Origin: a virus
DNA length: 64,000 bases
IMG/VR virus record: IMGVR_UViG_3300017917_001940
Span: 65,830-129,829 of that record
Strand: one strand, 5' to 3'
This document shows positions 47,075-55,507 of this stretch, piece after piece. The translations under genes were made by a program, and so were the position numbers. Below the pieces are notes generated by a model, which was not told the DNA's origin, did not search any database, and saw only the letters and a program-made list of their open reading frames with translations. Each line of letters starts with the position of its first letter. The first letter of the stretch is position 1.

Positions 47075-47718
47075 CTTTCCACCCTTTATAAGATTTATAA
47101 AAACCTTTGGTTAGTTTGTATATCTCGCTAGTCCTAATGTTATATGCTCTAGCGAGATCACCTGTTGATCCATTAAAAACGCCAAAGTTCTCATGAACAA
47201 ATATGTGTTTAGTTGAATTGCGTTTTCTAGATTCAGATATTTTTTTCTTGTGGGCGTCTGACATAGGTGGAAGTTGAATACTAACACCTTTTTTTCTTTT
47301 CTGATATTTTTCGTTTAGTTTCCTCGGTATGTTTTTTACCAAAAAAAGTATTTTTTTCTCCTGCTCGATCCGCACCCCACATACCATTTCCTTTTCCTGA
47401 TCTTGCTAGGCTATTAACTATAGCATATTCTTTTCTATAGAAATCATATTTTCGAGACCCATATATTTTTCTTCCGGACATTATAGTGTAAGCATATAAC
47501 ATTTTGTGGTAGCTGTCTTTAGTTGTCATCTTTGGAAGTAATAAATGACAGATATAATGTTCTCGTGCTGTTAATCTAACTAGGTTATCTGGAGAATCGG
47601 TTCCTCCTAACGATCTAGGAATAATATGATGTATTTCGGCATATCCTTCTAAATCTCTTGACTTAGCACGATCAATTATGTTATAATAACACTGTGAATA
47701 TTTGTTTTCTTTGAACAT
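47067..47718 (-). pseudogene. HNH/NUMOD3 homing endonuclease split by a +1 frameshift
   Basis: HHIIPRSLGG...NLVRLTAREH..CH; removing one A from the A7 run (47289-47295) joins the two ORFs; TATAAATA upstream. Confidence 0.75.
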
Positions 47719-47755
47719 ATATTTATTTATAAAGGTTTTACTAGATTGGGATATT

Positions 47756-48343
47756 ATGAATAATCGATTAATTTTAACAGATGCAGATGGTTGTTTGACC
47801 GATTGGGAATGGGCATTCAGGGTTTGGATGACCGAACGAGGATTTACTCTTACCCAAGATAATAAAAAGAGTTATTATCTGCACCATCATTATAATGATC
47901 TCACACAAGATGAAGCCAAAAAAATGGTTAAAATATTTAACGAGTCAGCAGCAATTGGTTTCCTTCCGCCGATGCGAGACAGCGTGCATTATGTTAAAAA
48001 ACTTAATGAAGAACACGGATACCAATTCCGTGTAATTACTAGTTTAAGTTTAGACAAAAATGCTCAAAAACTAAGAGACATGAATCTTAGGAAATTATAT
48101 GGGAACGCAATCGAAGAAGTTATTTGTTTAGACACTGGTGCAGATAAAGATTCTGCACTAGAACAGTTTAAGGATAGTGGATTGTATTGGATCGAAGACA
48201 AACCTTCAAATGCCGATTGTGGGCACAGATTAGGTCTTAAGAGCATACTAATCGAACACGGACATAATATGCATCATGAATGCCCGTATCCGATAGTTAA
48301 AAACTGGCGTGAAATTTACGAGACTATTACTCAGTCAGCATAA
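47756..48343 (+). CDS. HAD-superfamily 5'-nucleotidase-like phosphatase
   Basis: LILTDADG, VITS, WIEDK. Confidence 0.85.
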   Translation: MNNRLILTDADGCLTDWEWAFRVWMTERGFTLTQDNKKSYYLHHHYNDLTQDEAKKMVKIFNESAAIGFLPPMRDSVHYVKKLNEEHGYQFRVITSLSLDKNAQKLRDMNLRKLYGNAIEEVICLDTGADKDSALEQFKDSGLYWIEDKPSNADCGHRLGLKSILIEHGHNMHHECPYPIVKNWREIYETITQSA

Positions 48344-49065
48344 AGTTTTAGCACCGGTCCAATAATGTGATGTCGTTGGACGTCTCGCTTGTCCAGTTCA
48401 CATACAGTTATACCAGGAACACCTCCTTTCTTTAACCTTTCACAGAGGTCCCACAGACCATTTTCGCCACGTTGGCGGTCTGCTTGTTCTATGTCTCCGG
48501 TTATAACTATTTTGCTATCCTGACCTATACGGGTCATTAACATCTTCACTTGTGCTGGTGTAGCGTTTTGCATCTCATCTGCTACAATCCAAGCACGTTT
48601 AAAGGTGCGACCTCTCATAAATGCCAATGGTGCTATTTCTACCGTCTGTTCTTCTATCATAGCTAGTATGTCCTGTGGTCGGTAATATTCACGCATTACG
48701 TCTAAGAGCGGTCGTGTCCAGGGCTCCATCTTGGCAACAAGGTTGCCAGGGAGAAATCCATGTTTTTCGTCCTCTACGCCTACAGCCGGGCGTGTCATTA
48801 TTATTCTATCGCACTCTCCTTCCCTAAGTGCTTTAACTGCGGCTAACATGGCAAGATATGTTTTGCCTGTGCCAGCAGGGCCTGCTGTAACTACAATATG
48901 TTGATTCTCATCTTGTAGAGCCAATACCAGTTTTTCCTGATTCCTAGTTCTAGGAACAAGATCAATCTTCCGAGGTTGGTGACGGGGTTTTTCTTGATTA
49001 AACTGGATGGTGTTCTCTACTTGTGTCATACGCTTTTGTGCCTTTGCGGCTCTGTTTCTGCTCAA
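48331..49065 (-). CDS. phoH: PhoH-family ATPase
   Basis: GPAGTGKT, TRPAV, FMRGRTF, DEMQN, TRIG, GDIEQ. Confidence 0.95.
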   Translation of the reverse strand: MSRNRAAKAQKRMTQVENTIQFNQEKPRHQPRKIDLVPRTRNQEKLVLALQDENQHIVVTAGPAGTGKTYLAMLAAVKALREGECDRIIMTRPAVGVEDEKHGFLPGNLVAKMEPWTRPLLDVMREYYRPQDILAMIEEQTVEIAPLAFMRGRTFKRAWIVADEMQNATPAQVKMLMTRIGQDSKIVITGDIEQADRQRGENGLWDLCERLKKGGVPGITVCELDKRDVQRHHIIGPVLKLYAD

Positions 49066-49241
49066 GTGTAACTCTCCATTTTGTTGACAACAGCGAAATT
49101 GCTGTTAAGAATACTTAACCACTTAGATGATCAACTTTTATGCCTATAGAACTTTGAATCTAATGGCATAAGTATTTGGCTTGACTTCACAGCTACACAG
49201 TTACAAAATACCACATCTTAATTTTCAACATAAATAACAAT

Positions 49242-49814
49242 ATGGATAAAGAGCTTTTTAAAGACGGCGCAGACTATTGGCAAGTAGCTGACAACATTCG
49301 CAACATTTACATGAGCGAGGGTAGTTTGCTTACTCTGCTAGATTTTGAACGTGTGTTAGATGAATTAGATTTGTATGCTTTTAAAAACTGGGCAATTGGA
49401 GAATTAGTTGCCGGCCCAGAAATTGGCAAATATAAAGTCAGTTGCACATTTTTGTGGCCAGAAAATTTAATGCCAGATCCACGTGGTGCTCGTAGATTAT
49501 TACCGTTTGATTGCAAAGTGTTTTATCGTAAAACACAGATGAAAATTCCTATCAAAATCAATAATCCTAGCGATTACATGCCCGGCACACACAAAGCAAA
49601 GATTGTAGAACGTCCTGTTTGGTTAGTTGAAATTCAAATGCCCAAAGCATTAATGAGCGATATCCGCACAGGATCAGTAGAATTAGAAGATCAAGATATT
49701 GATCTGCAAGACCTAGATGATGCTTACGAGCAGGATCTAGATAAAGAAGAATATCAAAGTGATAAACAGGCAGAAAATGCACAACAACAACTTGAACAAC
49801 CAACTGGTATTTGA
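49242..49814 (+). CDS. conserved late hypothetical protein
   Basis: LLDFERVLDELDLYAFKNW...MPDPRG; TAAATA upstream. Confidence 0.8.
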   Translation: MDKELFKDGADYWQVADNIRNIYMSEGSLLTLLDFERVLDELDLYAFKNWAIGELVAGPEIGKYKVSCTFLWPENLMPDPRGARRLLPFDCKVFYRKTQMKIPIKINNPSDYMPGTHKAKIVERPVWLVEIQMPKALMSDIRTGSVELEDQDIDLQDLDDAYEQDLDKEEYQSDKQAENAQQQLEQPTGI

Positions 49815-50337
49815 AAGTCTTGAATATAAAGACTTAGAGGGCATGATGAAGCCCACTATTCACATTGACGAATTTTCCAGTAAAATGGGAGACGACGATG
49901 ACATTATTACCTTGAGCTTTTTTGTGCGTAGTGAGCAAGCGGCTAAAGATCTAATGAATTGGTTTGAAAAAGGTTATGACTTTGTACTAGACGCAGATCG
50001 TTCTCCTGGTGAAATCAAGCCAAATCGTTACTTGGTTTATGTTGAGTTGCGCCGTCGTTCTAATGCAGGTGCCAACGTAGAAATGTTAATCGAAGATCTT
50101 GGCACACTTACAGAATTCAGTACCGACGATTGGACCATGCATTATCGAGATCAAGAAATTCCATTCTCTCGCGATGCATTCGACAGCACAGTTCCTTTGA
50201 GTCCAAAAGCCTATCGTGACAAGTACGAAACTGAACTAAACGAATGGCGTACACGTGCTGGATTAGATGCCAAATCAACATACGATCGAGAAGATCGCAG
50301 TTTACAAGCAATACAATCTGCCGCTGGCATTCTTTAA
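49759..50337 (+). CDS. conserved hypothetical protein
   Basis: IHIDEFSSKMG...LMNWFEKGYDFVLDAD; exact start uncertain. Confidence 0.78.
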   Translation: MINRQKMHNNNLNNQLVFESLEYKDLEGMMKPTIHIDEFSSKMGDDDDIITLSFFVRSEQAAKDLMNWFEKGYDFVLDADRSPGEIKPNRYLVYVELRRRSNAGANVEMLIEDLGTLTEFSTDDWTMHYRDQEIPFSRDAFDSTVPLSPKAYRDKYETELNEWRTRAGLDAKSTYDREDRSLQAIQSAAGIL

Positions 50338-50370
50338 TACACCACCAATAAACTAGGTATATAATAGCCT

Positions 50371-51069
50371 ATGAAGTTAAAATCCTTTGGCTGTAGTTTT
50401 ATCTACGGAACTGACTTAGCTGACGATGGCCGTGGATATCTAGTTGCTAATCCAAGCCAATTAACGTGGCCGGCACTGCTGGCTAAAGAATTAAATTACA
50501 CATACGAGTGCTATGCCCGTCCAGGTGCCGGAAATTTACGCACACTTGAAAAAGTATTAAATCAATCATCTGTTGATGATCCAGCTGTGTTTGTCATTGG
50601 ATGGACATGGATAGATCGTTTTGATTATACTACTGTGCCCTCAAAACCCACAGTACAGTCAGAGTACATTGCCAATGAAGTTTGGCAAACAGTAATGCCG
50701 ATTGATACAGACAATCGGGCACGTGCTTATTATCGTGATTTACATAGCCAATATCGGGATAAACTTACCAACTTAGTTTATATTAAAACCGCTATTGACA
50801 CACTCAAACAAAAAAATATTCCATTTATTATGACTTACATGGACGAATTATTGTTTGAAACTCAATGGCACTATACCAATGGTGTAAGAGATTTACAAGA
50901 CTATATTCATCCGTATATGACCAAATTTGATGGGCAAACATTCTTAAATTATAGTAAAGAAAAAGGGTTTCCAATATCAGAAACCCTTCATCCACTAGAA
51001 CAAGCTCACGAACAAGCTGTTAAAGTTTTGTATAAACAAAATACAATCGATCATTTGCGTCACGTTTAA
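50371..51069 (+). CDS. SGNH/GDSL-like hydrolase-fold protein
   Basis: FGCSFIYG, WPALLA, PGAGN, LHP. Confidence 0.65.
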   Translation: MKLKSFGCSFIYGTDLADDGRGYLVANPSQLTWPALLAKELNYTYECYARPGAGNLRTLEKVLNQSSVDDPAVFVIGWTWIDRFDYTTVPSKPTVQSEYIANEVWQTVMPIDTDNRARAYYRDLHSQYRDKLTNLVYIKTAIDTLKQKNIPFIMTYMDELLFETQWHYTNGVRDLQDYIHPYMTKFDGQTFLNYSKEKGFPISETLHPLEQAHEQAVKVLYKQNTIDHLRHV

Positions 51070-51250
51070 ACGTTTCTAGTCGAAGATTGTATCGGTCGGC
51101 AAACTCATTTACGACTTCAAAAGTCCAAGGAAAGATTTCCACATACGGACCATTCTTATGTGGAATACCTGGATTGGCACGTAGATAAAATTTACCGCCT
51201 GGCATCAACAAATTTACACAATGAGCAAAGCGAGTTTCGATTTCATCCTT
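51020..51250 (-). pseudogene. C-terminal remnant of a class I SAM methyltransferase-like gene
   Basis: KDEIETRFAHCVNLLMPGGKFYL resembles the late LxPGG strand; no motif I; in-frame TAG upstream at 51290-51292. Confidence 0.5.
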
Positions 51251-51555
51251 GGCATGCCGGACATCGTGCGCTGTTTGAACGTGCGATTGCTAAAACAGGA
51301 CAAGTGTGTATTATGGTTCGCGATTGTCAAGATTGGAATGATAGCAATCCTTTTGACATCGATACCGTGATTGCTAACATTCGCAAAGATTTAGACCCCG
51401 AGTACCGAGATCAATATATAATCATTGTTGTTCCTAACATTACCAACATAACCTATGGGCGTAATGTAGGGTACAAAATAGAAAACGAAGTGTTTGATGA
51501 AGACACTCACGCAATCTCCGCAACAGAAATACGCCGACAATTAGGACTCAAATGA
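51247..51555 (+). pseudogene. cytidyltransferase-like (HxGH) domain with an apparently truncated N-terminus
   Basis: PWHAGH...ISATEIR; the ORF start at 51160 runs antisense through the methyltransferase remnant. Confidence 0.55.
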
Positions 51556-52175
51556 CCAAAAGAATATTAGTAATGGGCTTGCCTGGGGCGGGCAAAACCA
51601 CCTTTACACAAGAGCTGGTTAAACATTTAATGTTAAACAAATCAGTTGCTTGGTTTAACGCTGACACAGTACGAGCAGAATATGACGACTGGGATTTTAG
51701 CGCAGATGGTCGCAAACGTCAAGTACACCGTATGCGTGAGCTTGCTGATCGTTCTGGAGCAGATTATGCCATATGTGACTTTGTTTGCCCAACAGAAGAA
51801 TTACGCAAAATATTTGACGCTGACATTATTGTGTGGTTAGACACAATCGAAGCAGGGCGGTATGAGGATACTAATCGAATATTTGAACCGCCTGTCGACG
51901 TTAACTATCACATAACCGATTGGGACTTGCGTTGGCGTTCAAGTTTAAAGTCCCTTGTACGTGAATTAACATTTGAAACAGAACGCAGTAGCCGTAGCGT
52001 GGCCAAAGCATTAACTTGGCGAGCTCTGGGCACACTAGACACCTTTTTATTAAGTTGGGTTATAACGGGCGAATGGCGTCTAGCGGCTGCCATAGGTGGC
52101 ACAGAAGTTATAACTAAAATGATATTGTACTACTTGCACGAACGTGCTTGGGCCAGGGTCAAGTGGCGTAGATAA
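51552..52175 (+). CDS. adenylylsulfate-kinase-like P-loop kinase fused to a DUF2061-like domain
   Basis: GLPGAGKT, FNADTVR, CDFVCP; SVAKALTWRALGTLDT...YYLHERAW. Confidence 0.82.
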   Translation: MTKRILVMGLPGAGKTTFTQELVKHLMLNKSVAWFNADTVRAEYDDWDFSADGRKRQVHRMRELADRSGADYAICDFVCPTEELRKIFDADIIVWLDTIEAGRYEDTNRIFEPPVDVNYHITDWDLRWRSSLKSLVRELTFETERSSRSVAKALTWRALGTLDTFLLSWVITGEWRLAAAIGGTEVITKMILYYLHERAWARVKWRR

Positions 52176-52208
52176 GCTAAATATGGATAGATTATAAAAG
52201 GTCTATCC

Positions 52209-52826
52209 ATGCAAATTACACGCGAACAGTTACAACAAATTCTGCCTAAGAATCCTTACTTGGATCATTGGTTAGATGCACTAAATCAAATACTGCCTGA
52301 GTATGAAATTAACACACCACTGCGTCTAGCACATTTCCTAGCGCAGACAGCACATGAATCGGGTGGTTACTTATTTTTACAAGAAAACTTAAACTACCGT
52401 TGGGAAAGCCTGCGTCGGGTATTTCCTAAATATTTCCCCACAGATGAACTAGCAAAACAATATGAGAAGAAACCAGAAAAAATCGCTAATAGGGTCTATG
52501 CCAATAGAATGGGCAATGGCCCAGAAGAATCGGGCGACGGCTATCGCTACTGCGGCCGAGGCCTTATCCAGCTTACCGGAAAAACAAACTATCAAAACTT
52601 CGCCGACAGTATTGAAACCCCGCTGGAAGAAGTAACAGAATACCTACAAACATTTGAAGGTGCACTGCAATCAGCTTGTTGGTTCTGGGAAGCCAACAAC
52701 TTAAATCGCTTCTGCGACGCAGATGATTGCAAAGGTTTGACCAAGGCAATCAACGGTGGATACATTGGTCTAGAAGATCGATTAAAGCACACTGAACACG
52801 CTAAACATTTGTTTGGAGCACACTAA
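52209..52826 (+). CDS. endolysin, glycoside hydrolase family 19
   Basis: HFLAQTAHESGG, YCGRGLIQLTGK.NY, AINGG..GLEDR. Confidence 0.92.
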   Translation: MQITREQLQQILPKNPYLDHWLDALNQILPEYEINTPLRLAHFLAQTAHESGGYLFLQENLNYRWESLRRVFPKYFPTDELAKQYEKKPEKIANRVYANRMGNGPEESGDGYRYCGRGLIQLTGKTNYQNFADSIETPLEEVTEYLQTFEGALQSACWFWEANNLNRFCDADDCKGLTKAINGGYIGLEDRLKHTEHAKHLFGAH

Positions 52827-52827
52827 C

Positions 52828-53274
52828 ATGTGGCAATTCCAAGCGATGTTACAGTTAATTCCAGCAGTGGTTGTCTACTGGGTTACAGTAATTTTATTCT
52901 TTGGTGGAATTGGTGCTTACTTAATTTCTAAGTTTATCAAGTTTATTCCTTTTATAAACAAATACAAATTGCCCGTTGAACTAGCCGCAGTTGTGGCCAT
53001 AGCACTGGGTGGTTACTTGTATGGTGGAGTTGAGTATCGCTTGAAGGCACAAGAAATGGCCGCAAAAGTAAAAGAAGCTGAAGAAAAGGGTCGCGAAGCC
53101 AATAAGAAGTTAGAAGGCGAATTAAAGAAAAAAGATCAACAAATTAAAGATCAAGCAAATCGACTACGCGATGCCGCACGTAACAATGCCACACGTATAG
53201 ATTCCACATGTAAGGTTGATAGCAAAGCAATAGAAATTATCAACGAAGCCGCAAAGGAGCCTAAAAAGCAATGA
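52828..53274 (+). CDS. i-spanin-like membrane protein with a coiled coil
   Basis: Two TM helices followed by a charged coiled coil; lies after the endolysin. Confidence 0.6.
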   Translation: MWQFQAMLQLIPAVVVYWVTVILFFGGIGAYLISKFIKFIPFINKYKLPVELAAVVAIALGGYLYGGVEYRLKAQEMAAKVKEAEEKGREANKKLEGELKKKDQQIKDQANRLRDAARNNATRIDSTCKVDSKAIEIINEAAKEPKKQ

Positions 53275-53537
53275 AACATTTAATCATTATTTTAAGCACC
53301 CTAATGCTAACCGGCTGTTATGACAACTTTGTCGAGCGTAAGTTCCCAGAAATATTTGAAGAATTAAAAAGCTCTTGTCCAAGTTTACAACAGTTAGATC
53401 CTGCTACTGATAAACTCAGCGTGGTAGTTGACAGTGTAGTTGTTAATTATTCTACTTACTATGAATGTAAGGTTAAAGTAGATGCCTGGATTGAGTGGTA
53501 CAATACACAACGTACTATTTTTGAAAGCGTAAAATGA
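53271..53537 (+). CDS. o-spanin-like lipoprotein
   Basis: Lipobox MLTGC; overlaps the i-spanin end. Confidence 0.65.
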   Translation: MKHLIIILSTLMLTGCYDNFVERKFPEIFEELKSSCPSLQQLDPATDKLSVVVDSVVVNYSTYYECKVKVDAWIEWYNTQRTIFESVK

Positions 53538-53875
53538 TTATTGATTTCCTGGACAAATTTTTAAACTTATTTGATAAAAGTAACACACTAGAAATATTGT
53601 TATTTTTATTAGTATCAATGATTATCTTTACCATGGTATCAATGTCGCGGAATAAAGATGACGAATTTGATCTTAAAGATTTAGTCAGCAGTGACGGCAA
53701 GTTAAATGAAAAGAAATTCACACGCTTTGGTGCGTGGGTTATTAGCACCTGGGGATTTGTTTATATATTAATAAACAATCCAGGTTCATTTCCCGAGTGG
53801 TATTTTGTAGGTTACATGGCTGTATGGGTAAGCAACGCTATTGTAGACAAATGGGTTGAAAGAAAAGAAAAATAA
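53534..53875 (+). CDS. holin-like membrane protein
   Basis: Three hydrophobic segments, basic C-terminus. Confidence 0.55.
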   Translation: MIIDFLDKFLNLFDKSNTLEILLFLLVSMIIFTMVSMSRNKDDEFDLKDLVSSDGKLNEKKFTRFGAWVISTWGFVYILINNPGSFPEWYFVGYMAVWVSNAIVDKWVERKEK

Positions 53876-53890
53876 TAAAAGGAGCAAGAA

Positions 53891-54385
53891 ATGGCACGAC
53901 CAACCAAGGCACAACAAGCCGAAACTAAAAAAGTAGAAGATTGGATGACTACCAAGTGGCGCCCAATGATGGCTGTAATGTACATGTGCGTGTGTACATT
54001 TGATTTTATCATAGCACCTATTCTATGGGCTGCGGTACAGTTTTGGGAAACACAAGCGGCCAATGATGCTTTTAGACAGTGGCAACCACTAACACTACAA
54101 GGCGCAGGACTATTCCACATGGCCATGGGTGCTGTACTAGGTATTACCGCTTGGAGTCGTGGACAAGAGAAATTAGCCGGTGTAGCAGATGGTGCAAAAA
54201 CATCGGGCTTTGGCATTGGCGTAGGATCTCCAGCACCCATGCCCAGTTACAGTGCGCCACAGAATCAACAACCTTTAGCCACACCCGCATTTACGCCAAC
54301 ACCTGCACCTAGCTTTGGTGCGGCACCTGCGTTTGCTAGTTCAGGCAAAGCCATGCCTGTTCAACCACAACAACCGGAGTTATAA
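53891..54385 (+). CDS. holin-like protein (3TM gene-transfer-agent holin type)
   Basis: KWRPMMAVMYM...PLTL...FHMAMGAVLG..AWSRGQEK. Confidence 0.65.
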   Translation: MARPTKAQQAETKKVEDWMTTKWRPMMAVMYMCVCTFDFIIAPILWAAVQFWETQAANDAFRQWQPLTLQGAGLFHMAMGAVLGITAWSRGQEKLAGVADGAKTSGFGIGVGSPAPMPSYSAPQNQQPLATPAFTPTPAPSFGAAPAFASSGKAMPVQPQQPEL

Positions 54386-54386
54386 A

Positions 54387-54599
54387 ATGAAAAAATTTTT
54401 AATTGCATTAAACATTGTAATTTGGGGTATTGTCAGCTTTGAACTAGCCCATGCCGCAGCAGAAACAAAAGAAGTATGTCGGGATAAAACTGACAGCAAA
54501 GGTGCCGTGGTTAAAGGCAAAGACGGTAAACCTATTCAATTGTGCAAAAAGATCAAAGTACACAAAAAGCACGAAGGAACAAAAGTTCCGACAAAATAA
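54387..54599 (+). CDS. small secreted basic peptide
   Basis: Signal peptide ending AHA; two Cys. Confidence 0.65.
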   Translation: MKKFLIALNIVIWGIVSFELAHAAAETKEVCRDKTDSKGAVVKGKDGKPIQLCKKIKVHKKHEGTKVPTK

Positions 54600-54602
54600 T
54601 AA

Positions 54603-54631
54603 TTGACCGCACCAAGAAAAGACAGTATAAT
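54603..54631 (+). promoter_or_regulatory. sigma70-type promoter
   Basis: TTGACC-N17-TATAAT. Confidence 0.8.
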
Positions 54632-54657
54632 TAAACAATACTGTCTTTTTTTATTCG

Positions 54658-55449
54658 ATGAAAAACTTTTACGATATTTTGGGTGTTAAATCATCCGCTA
54701 CACCTGATGAAATCAAGCGAGCTTATCGCAGGCTGGCCAGTCAACACCACCCGGATAAAGGTGGTGACGTCAAACAGTTCCAAGAAATAGAACAAGCATA
54801 TAGAGTATTGTCGGATCCACAAGCTCGAGCTCAATACGATAATCCACAGCCCCAATTCAGCCATTTTGGTTTTGGACCACAACCGGGTAACCAGGGTTTT
54901 GATTTTGACACTATATTTGACATATTTGGTGCTAGGTTTGGACAACAACCGCCTAGACAACAAATCATGCGTATGAGTTTGTGGATACAGTTAAGCGATG
55001 TAGCCACCGGGGGTAAACGCACAGTAAGCGTGAGCACTGGACACGGAGTAAATGCCGTTGAGCTTGAGATACCGCAAGGCATAGAAGACGGACAAAGTGT
55101 ACAATATTCCAATGTTGCACCCGGAGGTGGCGATTTAATTATTACTTTTAGAATTCATCCAAATCCCGAATTCCAAAGAAATGGCCTAAATTTAATCGCA
55201 GAAAAGACTGTGAGCATTTGGGATTTAATATTGGGTGCTCAAGTACCTGTGCGTGACATTCGCGGCAATCAATTAAGCCTGACTGTTCCGGCCAAAACAC
55301 AACCTGGAACCATGCTGAGATTAAAAGGACGTGGTCTGACACATAGACATCACGAGCCCGGTGATTTACTAGTTCGCATACAGGCTAAAATTCCGGAGAA
55401 TATTCCACCCGAATTACTGAGCCAAATTGAACAAACCCGCGGCCAATAA
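54658..55449 (+). CDS. DnaJ class II (CbpA-like) chaperone
   Basis: J-domain with HPD, G/F region, C-terminal domain, no zinc finger. Confidence 0.92.
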   Translation: MKNFYDILGVKSSATPDEIKRAYRRLASQHHPDKGGDVKQFQEIEQAYRVLSDPQARAQYDNPQPQFSHFGFGPQPGNQGFDFDTIFDIFGARFGQQPPRQQIMRMSLWIQLSDVATGGKRTVSVSTGHGVNAVELEIPQGIEDGQSVQYSNVAPGGGDLIITFRIHPNPEFQRNGLNLIAEKTVSIWDLILGAQVPVRDIRGNQLSLTVPAKTQPGTMLRLKGRGLTHRHHEPGDLLVRIQAKIPENIPPELLSQIEQTRGQ

Positions 55450-55450
55450 C

Positions 55451-55479
55451 TTGCGTTAAAATGGTTACTATAGTACAAT
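55451..55479 (+). promoter_or_regulatory. sigma70-type promoter
   Basis: TTGCGT-N17-TACAAT. Confidence 0.6.
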
Positions 55480-55507
55480 ATATACATAACAACTAACAAA
55501 GGAACGT

